Notes: generated from the letters alone by a model not told the origin. 64,000 bases of DNA from an uncultured Thiomicrospira sp. (GCA_965195345.1 OZ239628.1:1711553-1775552); one strand, 5' to 3'. Numbered from the stretch's first letter, positions 9,969-19,839 are shown. Numbers and translations are program-made.

Positions 9969-11415
9969 AATCAAAAAACCGTTGCATTGTTTCCTCGCTT
10001 CCCAAAATAGCAAAATCTATACGAGCACGAGTTAATGCTGTGTATAGTAGCGAACGCATGAACAATCGTTTATCCATAGTGTCATCGACCCAAAGCCAGA
10101 CGCCATCAAACTCAGATCCTTGCGACTGATGAACAGTAAGAGCCCACGCTTGAGAAAAGTAAACAGAAGCCTCATCTATCAATATCGCTTTGTTCTCATG
10201 ATTAAAAACCACCAAAAAATCCCCTTTCTCGCTTGTGACCTTAAAGCCTTGATCGCCTTTTGAGTATTGCGAACCACTTCCTTCCAATATAATCGGCAAA
10301 ATGCCTGCTAAGGCAAAAAAACTGGACAAATGGCTGTTAATTGCCATCAATCCTTTGCTCCCTTTACGTTGAGGAGTCAGCAGGGCAAATCGTGACTGAC
10401 TATTCAATAACTCTTGCCATTTTTCTTCTTTAACTAATTCTTGCCAATTTGCAACTTTGTCTGAATAAAGTTGTTCTAAATGCTGAACTTTATTTGCTTC
10501 TCCCAAAAATAATTGAGCATGCATGTCTTCTGCTTTGAAGACTGAAAACTCATTATTGAGAACCGCTAGAGCAAGACGGTCTATTCGACTATCACCGCCA
10601 AAACGGTAACGTTGCTGTAAATACACTATATTTGCAGGCTGATACTCTTCAACCAATTGAATGACACCCCCTAATTCGACACTATCAAGCTGATTTGCAT
10701 CCCCCATCCAAACAATGTGCCGTACCCATTTGCTTGCTTTGAGTAATACAGATGCTAACTCAAGAGTGAGCATTGAAACCTCGTCCACTACTACCAAATC
10801 GTAGGGTATTGATTCAACCTTAGCATTCACGTCTGATCCAAGACCGAGAATATTATGCAATGTGCCAACAGTAATATTACTGGCGTTATTATTTTTACTA
10901 AGCGATTCTCGTAATCTTGAAGCTGCTTTGTTTGTTGGGGCGCAAAGAGCAATATCTATGTCAGATTTTTGACTGATGCAGTACTCAACTAAATGCGTTG
11001 CAATAGTTGTTTTCCCAGAACCTGGTCCTCCGCAAATAAAGTTAAATCCACTTTGTAAACTTTTCTCTATTGCTTGATTCTGCTCTTCCCCTAACGCTGG
11101 AATAGAAGTATAAGCGGTTTCTATTCTTTCATTGCAACGATCCCGCAAAAGGTTTATTATGTTTTGTTTTGCTTGCCAGAATCGACCTGGAACCAATAAA
11201 TCTTCCTCAATCACCCAAGGTGCTAAGGTTGTTTTCACTATCGGCAATCCATACAATACTTTGCGATCAATTGACGGCGGAATCTGAACACCATACGTCG
11301 AATTTTCAAGACACTCAATAAACGCATCATCAAGAAAATCAATAACCGCATCAGGAGCGTCGACTTTAAAAGACTTTAATAAATTCCGTGTTAAATGCAC
11401 TTCAATCCGAATCAA
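9958..11415 (-). CDS. SF1 RecD/Pif1-like ATP-dependent DNA helicase
   Basis: Walker A GGPGSGKTT, Walker B LVVVDEVSM, C-terminal TVHQSQGSEFD...YTALTRAR motifs of the RecD/TraA helicase family. Confidence 0.75.
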   Translation of the reverse strand: MIRIEVHLTRNLLKSFKVDAPDAVIDFLDDAFIECLENSTYGVQIPPSIDRKVLYGLPIVKTTLAPWVIEEDLLVPGRFWQAKQNIINLLRDRCNERIETAYTSIPALGEEQNQAIEKSLQSGFNFICGGPGSGKTTIATHLVEYCISQKSDIDIALCAPTNKAASRLRESLSKNNNASNITVGTLHNILGLGSDVNAKVESIPYDLVVVDEVSMLTLELASVLLKASKWVRHIVWMGDANQLDSVELGGVIQLVEEYQPANIVYLQQRYRFGGDSRIDRLALAVLNNEFSVFKAEDMHAQLFLGEANKVQHLEQLYSDKVANWQELVKEEKWQELLNSQSRFALLTPQRKGSKGLMAINSHLSSFFALAGILPIILEGSGSQYSKGDQGFKVTSEKGDFLVVFNHENKAILIDEASVYFSQAWALTVHQSQGSEFDGVWLWVDDTMDKRLFMRSLLYTALTRARIDFAILGSEETMQRFFDYGY

Positions 11416-12583
11416 ACATTAACCGAATATTGTGAATAGCTTGACGGATACGCTGGGGATTTTCAATAAGACTAAATCGTACATGCGTGTCACCTAAAGC
11501 ACCAAAGCCTATCCCAGGGGATACTGCGACCGACGCATCCTTGATGAGTTTTTTAGAAAACTCTAATGAGCCCATATGTTGATATTTTTCAGGAATACGA
11601 ACCCAAGTCATCATTGAAGCTCTGGGAGGAGTCACTTGCCAACCAATACTATTCAGCCCTTTACATAAAGTATCTCTGCGCTCACGATACATGTTGACTA
11701 TTTCATCAACACAATCTTGAGGCCCTTCAAGCGCTTGAATTGCCGCAACTTGAATGGGTGTAAACGTCCCATAGTCCATGTAAGACTTTATTCGTGCCAA
11801 AGCAGCGACTAATTTACTATTTCCAACCATAAAACCCACACGCCAGCCAGGCATGTTGTAGGTCTTAGATAATGAATAAAACTCAACCGCTAATTCTTTT
11901 GCACCTTTCACTTGAAGCACTGACGGCACTGGATCGCCTTCATAAATAATGTCCGCATAAGCCAGATCATGAATCAACCAAATTTCATATTTTCTACAAA
12001 TTGCCACAACCTCTTCAAAAAACGAAAGATCCACACACTGTGATGTCGGATTACTAGGGAAGTTCAACACTAATGCTTTCGGTCTTGGAGTAACTGAAAT
12101 AAGGGAATACTTCAAATTTTCAAAAAAAGCCTCAAGATCATCGTCTAAAGCAACATGTCGCACATCGGCTCCAGCAATTACAAAGCCATACGTATGAATT
12201 GGATAACATGGATCAGGAACCAGTATAGTATCACCAGGACCTGAAATAGCCATTGCCAAATGCGCTAACCCCTCCTTTGAACCAATGGTAACAATTGCCT
12301 CACTTTCAGGATCAATGCTTACATTAAATTTCGTAGCATAACGACGACACATTGCTCTACGTAATGCTGGAATTCCTCGGGATTGGGAGTAGCGATGTGT
12401 ATCATCACGTCTTGCCGTTTCAACGAGCTTATCAACAATGTGTGTTGGGGTTGGCTGATCAGGATTTCCCATACCAAAGTCAATGATATCCTTACCTTTT
12501 TTTCTTTCCAAAGTACACAAGCTTCCGATGACGTTGAATACGTAAGGAGGCAATCGTTTTATTCGAAAAAAATCATCATTCAT
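11402..12583 (-). CDS. PLP-dependent aminotransferase class I/II (AlaC/AspC-like)
   Basis: NFPSNPT and SLSKTYNMPGWRVGF (PLP-lysine region) motifs; 393 aa. Confidence 0.8.
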   Translation of the reverse strand: MNDDFFRIKRLPPYVFNVIGSLCTLERKKGKDIIDFGMGNPDQPTPTHIVDKLVETARRDDTHRYSQSRGIPALRRAMCRRYATKFNVSIDPESEAIVTIGSKEGLAHLAMAISGPGDTILVPDPCYPIHTYGFVIAGADVRHVALDDDLEAFFENLKYSLISVTPRPKALVLNFPSNPTSQCVDLSFFEEVVAICRKYEIWLIHDLAYADIIYEGDPVPSVLQVKGAKELAVEFYSLSKTYNMPGWRVGFMVGNSKLVAALARIKSYMDYGTFTPIQVAAIQALEGPQDCVDEIVNMYRERRDTLCKGLNSIGWQVTPPRASMMTWVRIPEKYQHMGSLEFSKKLIKDASVAVSPGIGFGALGDTHVRFSLIENPQRIRQAIHNIRLMFDSD

Positions 12584-12675
12584 TTTAAAATCTCGGTTAC
12601 ATACTCCTTGAGTGCAACTTTTGCCAATTAATTATACAAACGACGCGCAGGTTCGACAACAGGGAGCATGGTTAT

Positions 12676-14604
12676 ATGGACGTACTAAATAGACATGACA
12701 ATTATACAGAAACCAAGTTAATCAACTCAAACGAATCGAGGAAAATGATTATGATCCAGAAACACCCCTTACTATCTATACTGCCTATACTGCTCATAAC
12801 TATGAGCTCCTACGCATCCGCCACTAAGGTCAACTGGTACGACTGGAATAAATCAGCTTTTGAACAAGCAAAAAAAGAAAAAAAAATGATCCTCATCAAT
12901 GTTGGTATGGAAGGCTGTGCCGCATGCGCTCGAATGGATAAATTTACTTACGACGATCAGAGCGTAGCAGACATAATCAATAAGTACTTTATTCCTATCG
13001 CTGTTGACAGCGAGGCACGCCCTGATATTGGCGAGCGCTACTCCGATTGGGCATGGCCTGCCACTGCCTTTTTAAGCCCCGATGCAGTACAAGTCTTCGC
13101 TATGGCAGGTAATCGTTTTCCCAGAAACTTTATCCCTATTCTCAATGATTTGATCGACAAGCAAACCAAAGGCATACTAAAACCCGATCCTAATTCACCG
13201 TATGCCGCGCCACCTAAACCAGTAAAAACTGCACTTGACGACATTCGCAATCAAATTCGTAACCAATTAGATCGCAATCTAAACGAGAGTAATGGTGGCT
13301 GGAGCAATAGTGCCGTTAATATGGAATACAGTGGTTCTCGCTTGCGCCATCTCCTCTTTCGTAGCCATTTATACGGCATGCAAAATCTTGAAAAAATTGC
13401 TTTGAAAACCGTTGATAATTATGTACGTTCGATTGATCCAGTCTGGGGAGGAGCTTATGAAGTTGTATTCCACCAAAACGCCAAAGTACCTCAGCGCTTT
13501 GAAAAAATAAGAGCAATTCCTGAAAAGAGAATTTCTTCACAAGCCAATGCCATAAGCGGTTTTGCATTAGCATATCAATTAACAAAAGATGAAAAATACC
13601 GCAAAGCAATGAAGTCAATGTCGTCATTTTTGCATAACTGGTTCACATCGCCCAAAGGATTGTTCTACACGAATCAAAAATCAGAACCAATCGAATTCCC
13701 TGATAATTTGCAAATGCAAGATTATTGGGTTATTGAAGATGATGCAAAGCGTCGCGCTTTAGGCATTCCACCAATTGATCATGCCACCTATACCGACCAA
13801 AATGGCGAGATGATATCGGCGTTAGTACTTGCATTTGAGGCTTTTTCCGATCCTCGTTACAAGGCAATGGCAGAACGCACTGCTAAAGAATTGTTACGCA
13901 CGCGTACCCATAAAGATGGCTGGATGATAAACGCTCAATTAAACAATCGCGTGGTTAATGATGCTCGCATGCGTCCCTATGACATAACTCAACGCCCCTA
14001 CTTGAGCACTCAGGCTAAATTCGGACAAGCACTGCTTGATCTCTATCGCATAAATGGGAATAGCGAATTACTCATTGCTGCTCAACGCATTGCCGATGCC
14101 ATGATAGATCAATTAGGAGATAGTGAGAATGGAGGCTTTTGGGGAGCACCATTAGATGATGTATCTGCGCTTATAGCTCCAAGAAAACCCATTGAAGATA
14201 ATGGCAGTGCTATTTCCTTTTTATATGACTTATCCGTTTATGTTAAAGAACCAAAGTATGAAGAAATCGCACGCCTTGCCGCTCAAGGTATATCTGATCC
14301 ATCCATACTAAGACGAGAAGGAAAAATCACTGCTCACTTAGGGTTAGGGTTAGAGAAACTAAGTGCTGAGTACGTCGAGTTTTCTATCGTAGGCGATGAA
14401 AACGATCCAGCTGCCAAAGCACTTTATCAAGCAGCAAACCATGTCTATCACCCACGAAAAATCGTTCACTTTGAAAAGCCAGGACGATACCCGAAAAAAG
14501 ATTTTGCTGCAGCATACATCTGTAATCCAAATCGCTGTTCAGTGCCATTAAAAACGCCTGAAGAAGTTGTTAAAGTCGCGGAAAGTTATCGTTCGCCTCA
14601 ATAG
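12676..14604 (+). CDS. thioredoxin-domain protein of the DUF255/YyaL family (N-acyl-glucosamine-2-epimerase-like C-terminal barrel)
   Basis: N-terminal signal peptide then thioredoxin-like block (MILINVGMEGCAACARMD...IPIAVDSEARPDIGERY). Probable true start at the internal MIMIQKHP, about 12745. Confidence 0.7.
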   Translation: MDVLNRHDNYTETKLINSNESRKMIMIQKHPLLSILPILLITMSSYASATKVNWYDWNKSAFEQAKKEKKMILINVGMEGCAACARMDKFTYDDQSVADIINKYFIPIAVDSEARPDIGERYSDWAWPATAFLSPDAVQVFAMAGNRFPRNFIPILNDLIDKQTKGILKPDPNSPYAAPPKPVKTALDDIRNQIRNQLDRNLNESNGGWSNSAVNMEYSGSRLRHLLFRSHLYGMQNLEKIALKTVDNYVRSIDPVWGGAYEVVFHQNAKVPQRFEKIRAIPEKRISSQANAISGFALAYQLTKDEKYRKAMKSMSSFLHNWFTSPKGLFYTNQKSEPIEFPDNLQMQDYWVIEDDAKRRALGIPPIDHATYTDQNGEMISALVLAFEAFSDPRYKAMAERTAKELLRTRTHKDGWMINAQLNNRVVNDARMRPYDITQRPYLSTQAKFGQALLDLYRINGNSELLIAAQRIADAMIDQLGDSENGGFWGAPLDDVSALIAPRKPIEDNGSAISFLYDLSVYVKEPKYEEIARLAAQGISDPSILRREGKITAHLGLGLEKLSAEYVEFSIVGDENDPAAKALYQAANHVYHPRKIVHFEKPGRYPKKDFAAAYICNPNRCSVPLKTPEEVVKVAESYRSPQ

Positions 14605-14642
14605 AGTGGTGTAGAGCTCTTCTGCATCTTCTTTTCCCTGAT

Positions 14643-15062
14643 ATGGTTTCAACTCAAACCTTCCACATTGATCATCTGCATCCCCGTAGCGCGTTTGAAA
14701 AAAAGATGTTCAAATCATATAATTTCCTGCAAAGTAACGAGACATTACATGGATTTTTCTCTGATTCAAAGCATTGGAACTCCATAGCAAATCTTCATTT
14801 ACTCAATGGCTCGCCGAATCAATCAAAAAGTGACAGGCCTTTAGCTGAATGGCTCAATGATAACAATGTCAATTTGCGAGCACAAGATCTGCTTGTTGAA
14901 GAGGTTAGTTTAGACTTCGAAACGTTCAAAGAGTTCTATGAAAAACGAAGGGCAAACCTAAAAGAAAGATTGAAAAGCCGTGTGTTCATGTCAGCGCAAT
15001 TATCATTGCAACCAAAAGCTGAAGACTCAGATGATGAAGTGGCAAGGGATGCAAATATTTAA
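14643..15062 (+). pseudogene. C-terminal fragment of a DUF1524/HNH(His-Me finger)-type nuclease (GmrSD/DUF262-partner-like)
   Basis: HIDHLHPRS...N...LLNGSPNQSKSD resembles the DUF1524 catalytic block. Only 139 aa; no N-terminal DUF262-type domain; begins right after the upstream gene. Confidence 0.4.
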
Positions 15063-15282
15063 TATAGTTGCTTTATTTTAAATTTTATGTACGAGCAGCC
15101 ATGATTGATTTATCCCAATTCAACACAATTGTGAACAAGCACCAAGCAATAGATCAATGATTTGGTGATGTTGGATCAACCATAGGCATTCCTCAGGAAA
15201 TTAACGACTGCTGCAAAGGCTAAGTACTTTTTGCAAGTCCAGCAAAAGTTGTGTGCAATTGAACTAGTACTTGTTAGTTTTA

Positions 15283-15471
15283 TTAATTATCAAACCCTGA
15301 CACTCTTTTTAATTCTAAAATACCGTCTTGTCGCACTAAAAAAGTTGTACCGTTCTTTCTTTCAAGTCGATATGATTTAGGGGTTTTCTTTATATACTTA
15401 ACACCACTTTCATAATTTATATCGTATTTTCCAGTGCTAAATACAATATCGTAATAACTACCTATATTCAT
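15283..15471 (-). CDS. hypothetical small protein (possibly a gene fragment)
   Basis: 62-aa ORF in a low-coding-density stretch (15.06-15.8 kb). Confidence 0.2.
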   Translation of the reverse strand: MNIGSYYDIVFSTGKYDINYESGVKYIKKTPKSYRLERKNGTTFLVRQDGILELKRVSGFDN

Positions 15472-15818
15472 TCTTTCGCCTTAACTTGATAATTTTTTTA
15501 ATCTACGATTCTTGTTAATTTTCAAACAAAATTATTAAGATACTTTTGTTCTAAATTTCAATAAATTCAATCTCAATAAATTCATGCTTCATTATCAGAT
15601 AATCTATATCTGAATATTTTAGATTGCTCAGCATTATAATTACTCACCATTTTACTAACCGATGAAACCACTAAAAAAACTTTCCCACCGAGAAGTAGGA
15701 AGTGATAATTTCAACAGTAATAACAATCTGCAAAAACTTTGAACCAATGATTAGCATTCGCAAGTTCGCCTGATCGAAGAAGCTTTTCACCAAGAAATGT
15801 AGAATTAGGAAACATAAA

Positions 15819-16325
15819 ATGGGATCACAAGACAAGAAAAATATAAATCAATTTACTCCACAAGAAACTTTTAAAATAGCAAAGGAGACGCGTGATTTTG
15901 AAATTAAGTTATTTTGGCAGCGTACGAATTATTTTTTGCTACTTAATTCTGCTGTTGCTGGTGCTTTTTTATATTTTATGAAGCCGACGGAAGACGTCGT
16001 AGTATTACAAATTGCATTCTGTGTTATTGGTGGTTTTGTTTGCTTGGCATGGATAAAGGTAGGTTTAGGTAGTAAGTATTGGCAATCACATTGGGAGCAA
16101 GTGCTCGTTGACTTACAGAAAAGATTTGACTTGTTTGAGGACGATCTTTTTAGTGACAAGAAAACCGACGAACGAGTTAGGAGAAATTTAAAAATGGAAA
16201 GTTGCTACGATCACTGCGTTCTTAAAAAACCTTCTGTAAGTCTGTGGATGCACCGCACCGCACGTTTCTTTTTACTGATTTGGATATTTGCTTTCTTCTA
16301 CACAAGTTGTCAATTGGTCGTGTAG
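15819..16325 (+). CDS. hypothetical membrane protein (about 3 TM) in the defense island
   Basis: 168 aa: hydrophilic N-tail, 2 TM helices, charged linker, third C-terminal hydrophobic helix. AGGA-type RBS is absent but ATG is preceded by an A-rich leader. Confidence 0.45.
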   Translation: MGSQDKKNINQFTPQETFKIAKETRDFEIKLFWQRTNYFLLLNSAVAGAFLYFMKPTEDVVVLQIAFCVIGGFVCLAWIKVGLGSKYWQSHWEQVLVDLQKRFDLFEDDLFSDKKTDERVRRNLKMESCYDHCVLKKPSVSLWMHRTARFFLLIWIFAFFYTSCQLVV

Positions 16326-16360
16326 CTTACTATGTTTTATGACTTAAAAAGCACCCAAAA

Positions 16361-16519
16361 ATGGAAAGGCTGATAGTTGTGACGCTCTTTCTTGCTTTGA
16401 TGGGTGGGTGTGCTAAAAATTCCAAATTAACATCTAAAAAGGAAATTATAGGTTTAAAACCAGCGCTTAGCAAAAGCCAAATAAAGGATATAGCTTATGA
16501 AACCACACATATTTATTAG
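16361..16519 (+). CDS. putative small lipoprotein (52 aa)
   Basis: MERLIVVTLFLALMGGCAKN: signal peptide plus lipobox LMGGC. Below the track length cut-off; found by reading. Confidence 0.3.
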   Translation: MERLIVVTLFLALMGGCAKNSKLTSKKEIIGLKPALSKSQIKDIAYETTHIY

Positions 16520-16664
16520 TCATTGTCATAAAGACAATAAAAAGTATCTGAATGGACTTGCAGAAACATCAAAACAGTTTAATTCTGCTAGATCTCTGCC
16601 AGATATATCGATTTGGTGGGATGGAAAAATTTCCGCTGGACAAAAATTTAACTTCAGAAAATAA
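16497..16664 (+). pseudogene. TIR-domain N-terminal fragment (55 codons)
   Basis: MKPHIFISHCHKDN...LPDISIWWDGKISAGQKF matches the TIR betaA-alphaA-betaB core (hFISHxxxD ... hxhWhDxxxhxxG) and then stops; the remainder of the domain is absent. Confidence 0.4.
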
Positions 16665-16713
16665 ACCATCGATGTTTTATTTGATTTAAAAAGTCAAGTC
16701 AATAAGGATTCCT

Positions 16714-19149
16714 ATGAGTATTAAATTATCGGATATGATTGAAGGGATTGACCCATCAAATACTGTGTTGTTCTTCGGCGCGGGCTCATCAATTCCTTCT
16801 GGTGCGCCTAGCGTTACTAAGATTAGTGAGAGCATTTCACAGAAATTCAATATAGATTCTACAGGATACGACTTAGCTGAATTAACAAGCCTCGTAGAAC
16901 AAAAGAAATCAAGAGGCGAATTAATCAATTGCCTGCGAGACATGTTTAATAGAATAAGAGTTACTGGCGCTCTGCTTAATTTGCCCCTGTACAATTGGAA
17001 GAACATATACACGACAAACTATGACAAGCTCATTGAGCAGTCATATCAGAAAAAAGAAAAACCAATATCTGTAATAACTTCAAACTATGACTTTAGAGAG
17101 CAAAAATATCCAGAAGCAACGAAGCTATATAAGTTACATGGCTGTATCGATAAAGACAAATCCGATGGAAATCACAGCAGAATAATAATTTCTGAATCAG
17201 ATCACGACAATACATCTGAATATCGTGAAGCATTGTGGGACGCATTTAAATTTGATCTAAATGGTGGGAGCGTTGTTATTATTGGTTATTCGCTTGCAGA
17301 TATCCACATTAAAAATCTGATTGATCGTGCTATTTCAATCAAGAACAAGTCATCAGACACTCCAGCATCCATAAACTTAGTCTTATTCGAAAAAGACGAG
17401 ACGCGCGCATCTTTACTTGAAAGAAGAGGCATTAAGGTAGCATTTGGCAGTGTCGATAATTTTTTTGTTGAATTGCAAAGAAAGAATACTCCTAACCCAA
17501 TAGTTCATAAGTCGACAGGTGACCCTCTTGATAATCAATATGAATTGCAACCCATTACCTTGAAGGTTGCAGATGAGCTTCGTAATATTGAAAAAAACGT
17601 AAGCGCAATGTTTCAAGGCTGGCCTGCGACCTATTCCGATATCAAAGCGAACCTGACCTTCGAAAGAAGTATAGCGAGAAAAATAGACTCGTATTTTAAT
17701 TCAGACAACTCTTTATGCGCTTGTTTGCTCGGGGCTAGCGGCATGGGCAAGAGCACTACTGCACGTAAAGTAATGCTAAGACTTAAAGCCTCAGGGCTTC
17801 ATTGCTGGGAGCATAAAGGCAACCACAAGTTGCTTTATCGTGAATGGCGATCCGTAGCCGTTGAGTTAAAGACAAGAGAGGAACGAGGGATTATTTTTAT
17901 TGATGATGCACACAGTCATTTGCATGAAATAAATAATTTGGTTGATCTTTTGTCAGCAGATGATAATTACTACTTAAAGATTATTCTCACATCAACCAGA
18001 AACCATTGGGGTCCTCGAGTTAAAACTGCTAATTTATTCACGAAAGGGAAGGAATTTTTATTAAAGAAATTAGATCAAGTTGAAATTGAAGAGCTACTAT
18101 CTTTAGTGGAATCTCATTCAGACCTACAACCCCTGATTGAAAAAAGTTTCTCTGGTTTTTCCAGATCAGAACGAAAAAAACGGCTTGTTGCAAAGTGTGA
18201 ATCGGATACGTTTGTATGTTTAAAAAATATTTTTGCCTCTGAACAATTTGATGATATTGTGTTACGTGAATTCGCTGAGCTAGATAATGATCTTCAGGAA
18301 ATATATAGAATCGTTTCAGCTCTGGAAACCGCAGGGGTAAATGTTCACAGACAGCTAGTCGTCCGACTTCTTGGGCTCTCCCCAGATACTCTGTCTGCTT
18401 CTCTAATTAATTTAATTGATATCATTCACGAGTATTCGATAAGCGAGCGTGAAGGAATTTATGGATGGAAAGGACGCCACTCCGTCATTGCCGAGATTGT
18501 CACTAAATATAAAATGGTTGATGAAGAAGAATACTACAAATTATTTGAGACTGTTATTGATAACATAGTCCCAACGTATGATATTGAAATCAGAACAATA
18601 AAGCAGCTCTGTGCATTTGATGCTGGAATTAGTCGATTTCCAGACAAGTATGCACGTAATAAATTACTTAGAAAAATGATCTCAAAAGTACCTGGAGAAC
18701 GAGTTCCCAGACATAGATTAATTCGTTACTTGATCGATCTTAACCAGTTAGAGAAAGCCGAAACTGAAATAAGGATATTCGAAAATGATTTTAAATCTGA
18801 AGGACCTTTAGAGCGCTACAAAATACTTCTTTTGTTGGCTCGGGCTGAAAAAAAGACTGGGATTCTATCTGATGATCGAATGGCTATTTTGCAGATGGCT
18901 AAAGAAAAAGCTGTCATAGCTGTAGGTCGATATAAAAATAATAAAAATATACTGAGGATCTATGGTGATGTTGGTCTAGAAATATACAAGCAATCACAAA
19001 ACTCCACAGTTTTCGAAGACTCCATGGAACATTTGAAAGAAGCTGAAACCCGGTTGGTTGACCCAGATGTTACGATTTCGATTATGTCGTTAGAAAGACA
19101 GTTTTCGAAGCTTCAGTCTGAATTTACGGAAGTCACAGATGCGCTTTAA
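16714..19149 (+). CDS. SIR2 (SIR2_2/ThsA-type) - NACHT/STAND NTPase - helical repeat sensor protein (bacterial NLR-like antiphage protein)
   Basis: N-terminal domain has FFGAGSSIPSGAP, TTNYDKLIEQ and KLHGC motifs of the defense-type SIR2 family. Middle domain has Walker A GASGMGKST, Walker B GIIFIDDAH and a NACHT-like ILTSTR motif. C-terminal roughly 300 aa are predicted helical repeats. RBS AAGGAT precedes the start. Confidence 0.8.
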   Translation: MSIKLSDMIEGIDPSNTVLFFGAGSSIPSGAPSVTKISESISQKFNIDSTGYDLAELTSLVEQKKSRGELINCLRDMFNRIRVTGALLNLPLYNWKNIYTTNYDKLIEQSYQKKEKPISVITSNYDFREQKYPEATKLYKLHGCIDKDKSDGNHSRIIISESDHDNTSEYREALWDAFKFDLNGGSVVIIGYSLADIHIKNLIDRAISIKNKSSDTPASINLVLFEKDETRASLLERRGIKVAFGSVDNFFVELQRKNTPNPIVHKSTGDPLDNQYELQPITLKVADELRNIEKNVSAMFQGWPATYSDIKANLTFERSIARKIDSYFNSDNSLCACLLGASGMGKSTTARKVMLRLKASGLHCWEHKGNHKLLYREWRSVAVELKTREERGIIFIDDAHSHLHEINNLVDLLSADDNYYLKIILTSTRNHWGPRVKTANLFTKGKEFLLKKLDQVEIEELLSLVESHSDLQPLIEKSFSGFSRSERKKRLVAKCESDTFVCLKNIFASEQFDDIVLREFAELDNDLQEIYRIVSALETAGVNVHRQLVVRLLGLSPDTLSASLINLIDIIHEYSISEREGIYGWKGRHSVIAEIVTKYKMVDEEEYYKLFETVIDNIVPTYDIEIRTIKQLCAFDAGISRFPDKYARNKLLRKMISKVPGERVPRHRLIRYLIDLNQLEKAETEIRIFENDFKSEGPLERYKILLLLARAEKKTGILSDDRMAILQMAKEKAVIAVGRYKNNKNILRIYGDVGLEIYKQSQNSTVFEDSMEHLKEAETRLVDPDVTISIMSLERQFSKLQSEFTEVTDAL

Positions 19150-19524
19150 CAAAAGCATGTTGTCGGAGGAGTAGTTTTCTACTACGCCTCATTTAAAAAA
19201 ATGAAATACCTTTATCTCGAAATGCAATTATATTTAACAGAATTTGGAAGATGATTTGAGAGCGGACAATCATATACATTTTTAAGTAATACTAAGATTA
19301 ATATACTGACCTTCCCAGTTTTCTAAGCGCTCTTTTTGAAATAGTTTCTTCTTTGTTCTTAGTCCTCCCCACTTTACACCTGCGGGGGTATTGTGCGCCC
19401 AATGAGGATTGGGATATGATGGCACATGTCACTTTTGGAAAAAGTATAATTCACGCCGTGCCGTGCATCGTCCCTTCGCGAAGCACTTCAATTTTAAGTG
19501 GCCAATGATTGTGGTGCCAAACAA

Positions 19525-19839
19525 TTAGGGCGTTCTCAAATACCGATACATTGTAGGCTTAGTAATGCCAAACTGCTCACAAATACTAATGATTGAAACT
19601 TGCTTGCTGTCATAAAGAATTCGCATCTGCTCTATTTGCTTTTTAGTTAGTTTAATTTTTCTACCACCCTGCCTTCCTCTTGCTCGAGCAGCTTCGAGCC
19701 CTGCTTTAGTACGTTCTTTAATAAGTGTTCGCTCAAACTCAGCAAGTGCTGCAAATATATGGAATACTAACTGACCACTAAGCGTAGAAGTTTCAATATT
19801 CTCTGTTAAAGAATGAAAGGCAACTCCATTTACTTTGAA
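19525..19839 (-). pseudogene. serine recombinase (resolvase/invertase) C-terminal fragment
   Basis: minus-strand translation ...GQLVFHIFAALAEFERTLIKERTKAGLEAARARGRQGGRKIKLT...FGITKPTMYRYL is the E-helix plus HTH of the Tn3/Hin resolvase family. No start codon, an in-frame stop lies immediately upstream, and the catalytic N-domain is missing. Confidence 0.6.

Noticed and set aside
19150-19200. Possible terminator hairpin after the SIR2-STAND gene (GGAGTAG TTTTC TACTACGCCTC)
   Set aside because: Stem is only about 5 bp with mismatches and is followed by an A-run rather than a T-run on this strand. Too weak to call.
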